A stretch of DNA of 64,000 nucleotides, from positions 2,112,001 through 2,176,000 of the forward strand of contig AP038806.1 of the NCBI GenBank assembly GCA_047150005.1. Reading direction: 5' to 3'. Shown one piece after another: positions 1 to 8,870 of this stretch. A program made the translations under genes and the position numbers. Below the pieces are notes generated by a model. It made no database searches and had not been told where the DNA came from. It saw nothing but the letters and a program-made list of their open reading frames with translations. Each line of letters starts with the position of its first letter. Position 1 is the first letter of the stretch. This stretch comes from Nitrospira sp. (GTDB lineage: Bacteria > Nitrospirota > Nitrospiria > Nitrospirales > Nitrospiraceae).

Positions 1-714
1 CGGATTTTCTTCCAGGAAGGCGCGTTCCTTGTGAAGACCCTGGAACGGGAATCTGAATGGTGCCAGGCCTACCGGCTTCGCCATCGAGTCTTCGCCGAGC
101 GTCTCAAGTGGGTACCGGAACGATCCGATCGCTTCGAATCCGACATCTACGATGCATGGAGCAGTTCAATCGGAGTGTTTTCTCGCGATTCGACGCTACT
201 CGGCCTGGTTCGCATGACCCAGGCACCCGTCCCTTTTATGTTGGAAGGCGAATTCAGCGCCTGCCTCGTGGGACAACATGAAGTACGAAAAGAGCTGGAT
301 ACCGCGGAAATTAGCAGGTTGACCGTCGACCCGGATATTACCGACCGAGGTCTTTCAGCGAAGCTGATGCGGACGATCTTTAAGGGGATGTATCACTGGT
401 GTGTCGCTCATGATGTCCGTTACACCTATATGGTCGTCGAGCACAGGCTGTTGCGGGTCGTGGAACGAATGGGTTGGCCCTGCCGTTCCATCGGAGCGCC
501 TGTCGCCTTGCCTCCCGCCGAAGTGTCGTCGATCGGCGCGTTGCTCGATCTGGATGAATTTCGATGTCAGGCGGCGGTGCAGCGCCCTGACATGTTGCGG
601 TGGCTCGCCGACTGCGGCATCGCTGAGGCGCGGACGAGCCTGTTCTCAGAGAATTCTACGGATGGGCTTCACGCGGAATTGGCGGGAGCGCGGCGACTGG
701 TTCCAGCGGCGTAA
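1..714 (+). CDS. luxI: Acyl-homoserine-lactone synthase (LuxI family), probably 5'-truncated by the window edge
   Basis: Motifs YRLRHRVFAERLKW, ESDIYD and EISRLTV are typical of LuxI. Frame 1 is open from base 1 (RIFFQEGAFLVKTL...). Convergent with a LuxR gene. Confidence 0.9.
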   Translation, partial: RIFFQEGAFLVKTLERESEWCQAYRLRHRVFAERLKWVPERSDRFESDIYDAWSSSIGVFSRDSTLLGLVRMTQAPVPFMLEGEFSACLVGQHEVRKELDTAEISRLTVDPDITDRGLSAKLMRTIFKGMYHWCVAHDVRYTYMVVEHRLLRVVERMGWPCRSIGAPVALPPAEVSSIGALLDLDEFRCQAAVQRPDMLRWLADCGIAEARTSLFSENSTDGLHAELAGARRLVPAA

Positions 715-745
715 ACGCCTGCAAGCCGCCCGGTTTTAACGGCGG

Positions 746-1564
746 TTAGCTGGCAGTCGGGAGGCCGTGAAGCGCGGGGAGACCGTGCTCGATGGCGGTG
801 GCAACAGCCTGTGATCGAGAGGTGACCTCCAGCTTGGCAAAGATTCCTTCGATGTGGAAACGGACCGTTCGTTCAGTCACTCCAAGAATCTTGCCGATTT
901 CCCAGTTCGTCTTGCCGTTTTTCATCCAATTGAGGATGGTGACTTCACGCGGCGAGAGTTCCTTCACACATCGATCCGTTTCTCGAAGACTCTTCGGCGC
1001 CGTGCGCATCAAGGCCATGTGGATGTGATAGCCCATGTACTCGACGAGAGGAATCAGACGCTCGGCGTCGAGAGCCTGATCGCTGGCAAACGAGCAGAAC
1101 GTAGCCAATCCGCAGGCCTGATCGACCGAGCCGGTCGTGATACCGTCGCCGAGCCCGAATTGCCTCGCGGTCGCGATGAATTCCTGTTGTTTCTCCGTGG
1201 TCATGTGCTGATAGGTGGCGCGCCAATGTTGTGTGCCGGGGGAGCGTAAGGCCGACGTGAAGACCGGGTCGATTTCGGCGTACCCGTTCTTCCAATACAA
1301 ATACAGCCATTCGTCCGGATAGCTCCCATTGACAATATTGGCAAACCCTGCAAAGGTGCCACCCGTTCCGAGACGGACGAGTCCTCCCAATGTGCGCGTG
1401 AAAGGAAAATATTCCTGAAAACGGAGCAGGACGTCACGGACATCGTCAGGAGTCTGCGCCTGAGTCGTGTAGTGAAGAATTTCGATAAAGTTCTGACATT
1501 CGGATTTCGACATACCGTCGAAGACATGTTGCGGGAAGGGCTGCTTCTTGAGGGGATGCGCCAT
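746..1564 (-). CDS. luxR: LuxR-family quorum-sensing regulator (autoinducer-binding domain + HTH)
   Basis: YPDEW..Y....Y..IDPV autoinducer-binding motif and C-terminal LSPREVTILNWMKNGKTNWEIGKILGVTERTVRFH. Start placed at ATG 1564 behind a GGAGG RBS. Confidence 0.92.
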   Translation of the reverse strand: MAHPLKKQPFPQHVFDGMSKSECQNFIEILHYTTQAQTPDDVRDVLLRFQEYFPFTRTLGGLVRLGTGGTFAGFANIVNGSYPDEWLYLYWKNGYAEIDPVFTSALRSPGTQHWRATYQHMTTEKQQEFIATARQFGLGDGITTGSVDQACGLATFCSFASDQALDAERLIPLVEYMGYHIHMALMRTAPKSLRETDRCVKELSPREVTILNWMKNGKTNWEIGKILGVTERTVRFHIEGIFAKLEVTSRSQAVATAIEHGLPALHGLPTAS

Positions 1565-1643
1565 GGTCGCCTCCAGGTCGAGCGGTGTCACAGCATAGCA
1601 CATCGTTCTTCCTAATTGCGATATTGAGCGGAGCGAAAGAATA

Positions 1644-3086
1644 GTGTCGTTCAGCCCTAGTCCAATCGGCCCTAGTTCGACACATGTATCTCGAACCGCT
1701 CCTCGACAGCTCCTGCGATGGCGACGGATCCCAGTCCTCGCCATCTTATTCATTCCTGGATGGTGTCTCTGTATTTCAGCTTCTCCCGTACAAGCCCAAG
1801 CCTTGCGATTTCAGCCACAGGGAGCTGCCGCAGCAGGCCAGGGCAATGCCTTCGTCGCGCAGGCTGATGATCCCTCCGCCATCCACTATAATCCGGCCGG
1901 ATTGACTCAGGTCGCGGGCATTCAGGTCTACATGGGGACGGCACTCGTCGGTGGGTCGATCAATTTTACGGGTCCCACCGGCGCAACGGCTCGGGGCGAT
2001 CTGGGCGGCAGCATAGCTTCTCCGCCTCCCAGTCATTTCTATATGAGCGCGAATCTCGGAGCCGTCGGCCTGACCGGACTGTCCGCAGCCACGGTCGGCA
2101 TCGGCGTCACCAGTCCCTTTGGGCTCAATGCGCGTTACCCCACGGACGGGCCGTTCAATACCGCGGTCACGTCCGCGAAATTGCCGCTCATCGATATTAA
2201 GCCGACCGTGGCCTATCAGGTCACCGACTCGCTCTCCGTAGGCGTCAATGCCGATATCTATACGTTCGCCGGTTTTCTCGGTGAAGGTCAGGCTGAGCAG
2301 CAACAGGTATCGCCGGGTGGGGGAGGAATTCCGGCCGGTGCCTCGTTGGAAGTGTACGGCAACGGCACCGGGGCTGGGTTTGCAGCCAGTCTCCTCTATA
2401 CGCCGCTCAAGAGCGGCGAAGGCCTGCCGGTCCTGTCGATCGGGTTCGTGTATCACAGTCAGGCGGTCTTGCCGCTTAACGGCGCCCTGCTCGTCAATGG
2501 GGGCAAGGCGGCGGATGCCTCCACGAGCCTGGTGTTGCCGCAAATTTTCTCCGGCGGGATTGCGCTGTGGCCGGTTCGGAACGTCGAGCGGGAGTGGAAG
2601 CTGGAGGTCGACGTCGAGTACGTCGGCTGGAAATCGGCGAGGAATCTCGATATCCATCTGTCCAACGGCGTGACCCTGCCGCAGCCGCAGCAATGGAGCA
2701 ATGTGCCGGTCGTGGCCGTCGGGACCGAGTACAAATGGCTCAGCCCCGAATGGTTGCACCATTGGGACGTCGCCCTTCGAGGCGGATACACCCGAACGCA
2801 GGATCCGGTGCCCGACCAGACGTTCAATCCCGCCACGATTTCACTGACGGCCAATACGATCTCGATCGGCGGCGGCCTTCTGTGCCGCGAGGGCGGCCGT
2901 TTTCTCAGGATGATCCCGTGCGGGGGGGGATCGTGGCTCTTGCCGAAGGCGATCGGGGTGGATGCCACGTACCAAGCGTGGATCTACGAGTCGCGGACCG
3001 TGACGGGCAATCTGAATCCGACGGTCGACGGAAATTACCGTGCCTCGGTCCAGGTGGGTATCGTGAGTCTCCGATTTGCCTACTGA
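1644..3086 (+). CDS. FadL/OmpP1-family outer-membrane channel for hydrophobic compounds (start uncertain)
   Basis: Signal peptide, then AAGQGNAFVAQADDPSAIHYNPAGL (FadL NPA hatch motif) and GIGVTSPFGL. Ends in aromatic residues (RFAY). Confidence 0.85.
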   Translation: MSFSPSPIGPSSTHVSRTAPRQLLRWRRIPVLAILFIPGWCLCISASPVQAQALRFQPQGAAAAGQGNAFVAQADDPSAIHYNPAGLTQVAGIQVYMGTALVGGSINFTGPTGATARGDLGGSIASPPPSHFYMSANLGAVGLTGLSAATVGIGVTSPFGLNARYPTDGPFNTAVTSAKLPLIDIKPTVAYQVTDSLSVGVNADIYTFAGFLGEGQAEQQQVSPGGGGIPAGASLEVYGNGTGAGFAASLLYTPLKSGEGLPVLSIGFVYHSQAVLPLNGALLVNGGKAADASTSLVLPQIFSGGIALWPVRNVEREWKLEVDVEYVGWKSARNLDIHLSNGVTLPQPQQWSNVPVVAVGTEYKWLSPEWLHHWDVALRGGYTRTQDPVPDQTFNPATISLTANTISIGGGLLCREGGRFLRMIPCGGGSWLLPKAIGVDATYQAWIYESRTVTGNLNPTVDGNYRASVQVGIVSLRFAY

Positions 3087-3095
3087 CCGACTCGT

Positions 3096-4928
3096 TCAGG
3101 GCTCGGCGGAAGCTTCACGAGAGTCCGCAAGCACCTTGCGAAGCTCCGCAACGGTCCGTTGGTCGATCCCGGATTCCCGCAGGTCGTCGTCGCTGGCGGC
3201 GGCCACCCGCTCGACGCTGCCGAACCGCTTGAGTAAGCGCGCGCGTCTGATCTCGCCGATCCCGATGATCTGGTCCAATTTCGACGAGAGGAGCGCTTTG
3301 CCCCGCAGCGTGCGATGAAGCGAGACGGCGAAGCGGTGCGCTTCGTCGCGAATTCGTTGCAGCAGATGGGTAGCCGGCGACTGTCCTCTCAAGGGCACCG
3401 GGTTCTTTCGTCCGGCCAGGTAGACGCGCTCGTCCTTCTCGCCGCGTGCCTTCGCCAAGCCGATCACGGGGAGACGCTCCTCTCCGACCTCCTTGAGCCC
3501 TTCTATGGCAGCGGCCAACTGGCCCAGTCCGCCGTCAATAAGGACGAGGTCGGGGCGCGCCAAGTGTTCCATGCCCCCGTATCGCCGTGAGACGGCTTCC
3601 CGAATGCTGGCAAAATCGTTGGCTCCCTCGACGGTCGCGATCTTGAACTTCCGATAATCGGCCTTCTTCATGCGGCCCTCTTCCCACACGACCATGGAGG
3701 CGACGGATTGGGCGCCCATGGTGTTGGATATGTCGAATCCCTCGATGCGGACGGGTGCCCGGTCGAGCCGAAACAGGCGCCGGAGTTCCTCGCCTGCCTG
3801 GCGGTCGATTGCTTCCTCGCGCAGATGGTCGGCCGCCGATGACGCGGCATTTTCTTCGGCCAGCTTCACCAGCTGATGTTTCGCACCCCGTTCGGGCACG
3901 AGCACCCGCACGGCCTCCCCGCGTTTCTCAGACAGCCACCGGGTGATCAAGTCGACATCCGGAATGTCTACCGGGATCAGCAGCTCCGCCGGCGGCAGGC
4001 CGTCCTTGTTGTAGAATTGCTCGATGGCGGCGATCACCAATTCGTCGTCGGGAGTATCGGCGCCATTGGGCCAGAAAAAGTCCTTGCGTCCGATCAACAG
4101 TCCTCCCCGCACGAATAGGAGCTGAAGGTCTACCGCAGCGCCCAGTCGCGCAATGCCGATGACGTCCTGATCGACCGACGCAGTCTGCGTGATCCGCTGC
4201 CGTTCGAGGGTCCGCTCGATCTTGAACATGCGGTCGCGCAGCCACGCCGCCTCTTCAAAATCCTCCCGCTCCGCCGCAGCCTCCATGCCCGCACGGAGTT
4301 CCTCCAACAACTCGCGGTCGCGTCCCTCCAGGAAATGGCGCACCTGCTTGACGATCTCATGGTACTCGTCCCTGGATTGATTGCCGGTGCAGGGGGCCAT
4401 GCAGCGCTTAATTTCGAATTCGATGCAGGCGCGTTCGGCCCTGCCGTCGATGTCAATGGTGCAGGTGGCGAGGGGAAACACCTTCTTGATGACCTTCAAC
4501 GTCTCGCGCAATGCGCCGGCCGGTGTATAGGGTCCGTAGTACAGTGCGCCGTCCCGTTGCACTCGACGGACGATCGAAAGACGTGGGAAGTCTTCCTTGA
4601 CCGGCAGCCGAAGGTAGGGATACTGCTTGTCGTCGCGGAGGACCACGTTGAACCTGGGCCGTTGGCGTTTGACGAGATTGCTCTCGAGGATCAACGCTTC
4701 GAGTTCGGAGCGCGTGACCATGGTTTCCAGATCGGTGATCAGGCTCACCAGCAGGGCGGTCTTGGGGGAGTGGTCGCCGCCTTTCTGGAAATACGAGCGC
4801 ACGCGATCGGCCAGGACGGCGGCTTTTCCGATGTACAGCACCTCGCCCGCGGCGTCCTTGAACAGGTAGACACCCGGTTGGTTCGGAGGGCGGGCCAGCT
4901 TGGCTTGAAGATCGGCGGACAGGGCCAT
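3096..4928 (-). CDS. uvrC: Excinuclease ABC subunit C
   Basis: GIY-YIG N-terminus (PGVYLFKD...YIGKA), Cys cluster, RIEGFDIS, LIDGGLGQ, RIRDEAHRFA and a C-terminal HhH. Confidence 0.97.
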   Translation of the reverse strand: MALSADLQAKLARPPNQPGVYLFKDAAGEVLYIGKAAVLADRVRSYFQKGGDHSPKTALLVSLITDLETMVTRSELEALILESNLVKRQRPRFNVVLRDDKQYPYLRLPVKEDFPRLSIVRRVQRDGALYYGPYTPAGALRETLKVIKKVFPLATCTIDIDGRAERACIEFEIKRCMAPCTGNQSRDEYHEIVKQVRHFLEGRDRELLEELRAGMEAAAEREDFEEAAWLRDRMFKIERTLERQRITQTASVDQDVIGIARLGAAVDLQLLFVRGGLLIGRKDFFWPNGADTPDDELVIAAIEQFYNKDGLPPAELLIPVDIPDVDLITRWLSEKRGEAVRVLVPERGAKHQLVKLAEENAASSAADHLREEAIDRQAGEELRRLFRLDRAPVRIEGFDISNTMGAQSVASMVVWEEGRMKKADYRKFKIATVEGANDFASIREAVSRRYGGMEHLARPDLVLIDGGLGQLAAAIEGLKEVGEERLPVIGLAKARGEKDERVYLAGRKNPVPLRGQSPATHLLQRIRDEAHRFAVSLHRTLRGKALLSSKLDQIIGIGEIRRARLLKRFGSVERVAAASDDDLRESGIDQRTVAELRKVLADSREASAEP

Positions 4929-5026
4929 GGGAATCGGGCGTCCCGGAGCGTCACAGGACCGTCAGTCATTGTAACGGCCAGGAGAAATGCGGCGCAACCA
5001 CTCGAGGCGACGGGGTCAGAAGTCGA

Positions 5027-5911
5027 TCACCGGCTGCGCCTGGCGCGAAGTTCCCGTAGGAAAGAAGGGCTGAGCGTGCCCCTGGCCACTTCGGCGACCG
5101 GTCCCTTCATCGTCAGGCTGAAATCCTTCGCCACCTGGATCGTGAGCGCGCCGCCCGGCATGTTGACGGTGACCGGCGAGCGTACGAGGCCCAGTCGGAC
5201 CGCGGCGGAAGCCGCGGCGCAGGAGGAGGAGCCGGACGCCTGCGTTTCTCCCGCGCCCCGTTCCCAAATCAGGATGAAGAGCTCGGCCGGACCGGTGGGA
5301 ACGGCCAGTTGCACGTTGGTCCGCCTGGGAAAGATCGCATGATTTTCAAGGGCAGGCCCCAGCGCCAGCAGATCTTCCCGCGACCAGGATTCGCCGGCAG
5401 GCCTGAAGACGACGCAATGAGGGTTCCCCACGCTGACTCCGGTGAAACGAAGCGAACGGCCGGCCGCGTCGATCGGCTCCCGGAGCAATTCGTCGGCGCT
5501 CAGCGTGCAGGGGAGCGCAGCCGGATTGAACGTCGCCCGGCCCATCTCGACAGTGGCAGATGCGGCGTCTCCGTGGCGGTCGAGATGTAAGGCGATGCTC
5601 ACCACACCGCCCTTGGTGTCCACCGTGAAGCGGGTTTTTTTCGTGCGGCCGGTTGCGTGCAGGTAGCGGGCGAAAATGCGGAGCCCGTTTCCGGACTTTT
5701 CCGCTTCGCTGCCGTCCGGATTGAAAATGCGAAGGCCGAAATCAGCCTGCTTCGTCGGAACAATGGCGAGAATGCCGTCGCTGCCGAGTCCCCAGTTACG
5801 GTCGCAGATCCGTTTGATCGAAGCAGGCGTCAAGAGGAACGTCAGTTCCTTGGGATCCATGACGAGGTAATCGTTCCCCAGGCCGTGTCCTCGAAAAAAT
5901 CCGTTCTGCAT
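5027..5911 (-). CDS. dapF: Diaminopimelate epimerase
   Basis: GHGLGNDY, NPDGSEAEKSGNG, VGNPHCV, WERGAGETQASGSS. Both catalytic Cys positions read as Ser. Confidence 0.88.
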   Translation of the reverse strand: MQNGFFRGHGLGNDYLVMDPKELTFLLTPASIKRICDRNWGLGSDGILAIVPTKQADFGLRIFNPDGSEAEKSGNGLRIFARYLHATGRTKKTRFTVDTKGGVVSIALHLDRHGDAASATVEMGRATFNPAALPCTLSADELLREPIDAAGRSLRFTGVSVGNPHCVVFRPAGESWSREDLLALGPALENHAIFPRRTNVQLAVPTGPAELFILIWERGAGETQASGSSSCAAASAAVRLGLVRSPVTVNMPGGALTIQVAKDFSLTMKGPVAEVARGTLSPSFLRELRARRSR

Positions 5912-5981
5912 GTTCGTCGCTCCTCCGCAGCGGCGCCGGTCTCAAAGCGCGGGAAACAATACTTGGCGGCCGGTGAATTCG

Positions 5982-6404
5982 TCAATGGGGAGGCGCTGTC
6001 TCCGGCTTATACGATCCCACGCCGTTCGGACGCTCGATCAATTCGATCTCGTAGCCGTCCGGAGCGTCGATAAAGATGAACCGGCTGCCCGACGACGTGG
6101 TCGTAGGCCCGTCCGTGATCCGCACCCCCTTGGCGCCGAGCGCGGCGATCGTGTCTTCGAGATTGTCCACCTGGAAGGCGAGGTGGACGAGATCCTCCTG
6201 TACCTGCACGGGTCCGCTTGGCGGGAAGCTGGTCAGCTCGATCAGTTCGTCGCTGTTGGGCACCTGTAGAAAGGCCAGTTGCGATCCCCGGGGGGACGTC
6301 TTCCGTTCCAGCACCTTCAAGCCCAGTACCTCCACATAGAATCGAATGGTCCGGTCCAAATCGCTGACGCGCATTCTGGTATGGAGAAACTTGACGACGC
6401 GCAT
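5982..6404 (-). CDS. VOC/glyoxalase I (lactoylglutathione lyase-like) protein
   Basis: FLHTRMRVSDLDRTIRFY, IELT, HLAFQV, FIDAPDGYEIELIE. Start at ATG 6404. Confidence 0.85.
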   Translation of the reverse strand: MRVVKFLHTRMRVSDLDRTIRFYVEVLGLKVLERKTSPRGSQLAFLQVPNSDELIELTSFPPSGPVQVQEDLVHLAFQVDNLEDTIAALGAKGVRITDGPTTTSSGSRFIFIDAPDGYEIELIERPNGVGSYKPETAPPH

Positions 6405-6414
6405 GTTCGTTCCT

Positions 6415-6888
6415 TTACTCCCGCATGATGGGTCCGGTGGTTTTTCTGAGGAGCACCTCGGCGGATCCGGGAATGAGCAGATCGGGGATCGCGCCGATCT
6501 CCTGATAGCCGTGCTTCCGGTAGAACCGGCGGGCCGGCTCGTTGAAGTCCGAGACGCAGATGAAGAGATTTTTGGCGCGGGCAAAGACCAGGGATTCGAC
6601 ATACGCCAGCAATCGGCCTCCGAGTCCCAGACCTCTGGCCGGTTCCGCCACGGCGAAGAGCTCCAGATAGTCGCCGAGAAGAAACTTCCGCCTGACGACG
6701 GCGATGCCGGCGGCGCTGCCGCCTTGTTCCGCCACGTAGCTGTCGCGGCCTTCCGGGAGGGGAGCGAAGTAGCGGTCCCACTCGGCGGCGGTGTGCCCCA
6801 ATCGCGTCCACGGATTGGACGCGAGCAGTAGACGGATGACGGGATCGCGGTCCTCCGGCCTCATGGGTCTGATGAGTGCGGGGTTCAT
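6415..6888 (-). CDS. GNAT-family N-acetyltransferase
   Basis: FAVAEPARGLGLGGRLL acetyl-CoA motif and N..A..FY.K.GY. ATG 6888 overlaps the upstream stop (ATGA). Confidence 0.85.
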   Translation of the reverse strand: MNPALIRPMRPEDRDPVIRLLLASNPWTRLGHTAAEWDRYFAPLPEGRDSYVAEQGGSAAGIAVVRRKFLLGDYLELFAVAEPARGLGLGGRLLAYVESLVFARAKNLFICVSDFNEPARRFYRKHGYQEIGAIPDLLIPGSAEVLLRKTTGPIMRE

Positions 6889-7595
6889 GGACTCGGAGGT
6901 CGGCACGAGAGCACGTCGCTAACGGTCATCGGTGTCAGATGCCGTTGCGGCAACATCCGCTCGTACAGGCGGGTGACCACTTCATAGGTATGCGCGCCCT
7001 TGCCGTTCGCGTGCATCACGATGATGCTTCCGTGCTTGGTGAGATGCGAAAGACGGCGTTCGATCTGGTCCGCTGACAGGGTCGGGTCCGGGTCGCCTGA
7101 AACCACGCTCCAAAGAATGAACCGGAGCCCCAGCGCCTTCACGAGGTCCACGGTCTCTGCGTCGTATTCACCATAGGGCGGCCGAAAGAGCGGGGCTTGG
7201 CGGTCGTATTTCGTCTTCAACAGCGTGACCGGACCGAGAATCTCGTGTTTCTGGGCCTCCGACGATCGCGTCGGGAGATGGGCATGGACCTGGCCGTGAG
7301 TCCCGACTTCGAAAAACGGCACCGCGAGCAGCTCCTTGACCCGGTCCTCGTGTTTCGCCATCCAGGTGCCGGACATAAAAAATGTGGCGGCGATGCGATG
7401 TTCGAGCAGATAGTCGATCAACCGTTGGTCGTAGCCGCTGCCGCCGCGCACCGGACAGAGGTCGAAGGTCAGTGCGACTCCCGGACAGGACGCCGGCCCA
7501 GAGGTGACGACCTGCGCGAAGGCGGACGTGCCGCCAGTGGAAAACACCAGCGCCGAAACCAGGACGAAGCGGATGCGTGCGGCAAGCTTCGACAT
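6885..7595 (-). CDS. Secreted polysaccharide deacetylase (NodB/CE4 family)
   Basis: Signal peptide, LTFD, ATFF, HGQVH, FRPPYG and IIVMH motifs. Confidence 0.88.
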   Translation of the reverse strand: MSKLAARIRFVLVSALVFSTGGTSAFAQVVTSGPASCPGVALTFDLCPVRGGSGYDQRLIDYLLEHRIAATFFMSGTWMAKHEDRVKELLAVPFFEVGTHGQVHAHLPTRSSEAQKHEILGPVTLLKTKYDRQAPLFRPPYGEYDAETVDLVKALGLRFILWSVVSGDPDPTLSADQIERRLSHLTKHGSIIVMHANGKGAHTYEVVTRLYERMLPQRHLTPMTVSDVLSCRPPSP

Positions 7596-7660
7596 GTTTG
7601 TCAGTATACCCGAACAACCGAGAGTTGACGCCGGAATTCTCCCGCTGTTACCGTGACGGC

Positions 7661-8812
7661 ATGTCTATGCCTGCCTTCGAAATCGGCCGCGCCCTCGGTA
7701 TCCCGATCCGTGTCCACATGTCGTGGTTTCTGGTCTTCGTGTTCGTGAGCTGGACGCTGGCGACCGGTTATCTGCCCGAGGCCTTGCCAGGCCTTTCCGA
7801 TCAACGGTATTGGGGCATGGGCGCGACCGCCGCGCTCCTGTTGTTCCTCTCCGTACTCCTGCACGAGCTCGGCCATTCGTACGTGGCCCAGCGGTACCAT
7901 ATTCCGATCGGGCAGATTACGTTATTTATCTTCGGCGGTGTCGCGCACATGGGCAAAGAGCCGCCGAGCCCGCGGGCGGAATTTCTCATCGCCATTGCCG
8001 GCCCGGTCGTCAGCCTCGTGTTGGGCCTGTTGTGCCTCGGAGGCACGATCCTCGCGGAGTCGGTGCTCCATCTTTCCGGCACGCAGGGATTTGTCGTGCT
8101 CGGAGGATTGCTGGGCATCGTCAACGTCAACTTGGGGCTGTTCAATCTCATCCCCGGTTTTCCCCTGGACGGAGGGCGGGTGCTGCGCGCCGGCCTGTGG
8201 GCGTGGGGAAAAAACTTCCACCGGGCAACCGGACAGGCCGCCACGGTCGGATTTCTGTTCGGAATCGTTCTTGCCGGATTCGGCGCGTTGCTCATCGGAG
8301 GAACTATCGCCGGCGCCCTGGATCCCTCTCTGGCCGGCAACGGCGGTTGGCTCTTGTTCATCGGTGCGTTTCTGTCCGGCGCGGCCTGGAGCGCGCGCCG
8401 CCAGGTCGGACTCCGCATCGTACTCGACACGACCACGGTTCGAGACGTGATGATCCGCAACGTTGTGTCGATCTCTCCAACCCTCTCCGTGCAGCGGGCC
8501 GTGGACGACTTTTTCGTCGCCTACGGATTCAGCGGATTTCCCGTGACGGAAGACGACCGGATCGCCGGCATCGTGACGGCGGATGACGTGCAGGCCATCC
8601 CACAGGCGCTGTGGGCCTGGAAAACCGTCCGCGACATCATGCGTCCCTCGACCGAGGCGCTCTTCATTCCGGCCGACTGGTCGGTCAGGCAGGCACTGGA
8701 CCGGATGATTCAGGAAGGCTGGGATCGACTGGTCGTGACGGAGGAAGACAAGCCGGTGGGGCTGATTACGCGGTCCGCCGTAGCGCGGTTCCTGCAACTG
8801 CGAAAAGCGTGA
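7661..8812 (+). CDS. Site-2 protease (M50) with C-terminal CBS pair
   Basis: HELGH zinc motif, IAGPVVS, NLIPGFPLDGGR and two CBS domains. Confidence 0.92.
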   Translation: MSMPAFEIGRALGIPIRVHMSWFLVFVFVSWTLATGYLPEALPGLSDQRYWGMGATAALLLFLSVLLHELGHSYVAQRYHIPIGQITLFIFGGVAHMGKEPPSPRAEFLIAIAGPVVSLVLGLLCLGGTILAESVLHLSGTQGFVVLGGLLGIVNVNLGLFNLIPGFPLDGGRVLRAGLWAWGKNFHRATGQAATVGFLFGIVLAGFGALLIGGTIAGALDPSLAGNGGWLLFIGAFLSGAAWSARRQVGLRIVLDTTTVRDVMIRNVVSISPTLSVQRAVDDFFVAYGFSGFPVTEDDRIAGIVTADDVQAIPQALWAWKTVRDIMRPSTEALFIPADWSVRQALDRMIQEGWDRLVVTEEDKPVGLITRSAVARFLQLRKA

Positions 8813-8866
8813 AGCGTCGTTCGTATCTCGTCGCTCGCGAGGTCCACTTCACGAGATACGCTTCAC
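8809..8866. repeat. Palindromic intergenic repeat (GTGAAGCGT..CGTATCTCGT / ACGAGATACG CTTCAC), possible bidirectional terminator
   Basis: Inverted repeat between convergent genes. The same 7-mer-based units recur at 21590-21697 and 23021-23104. Confidence 0.7.
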
Positions 8867-8870
8867 AGAC

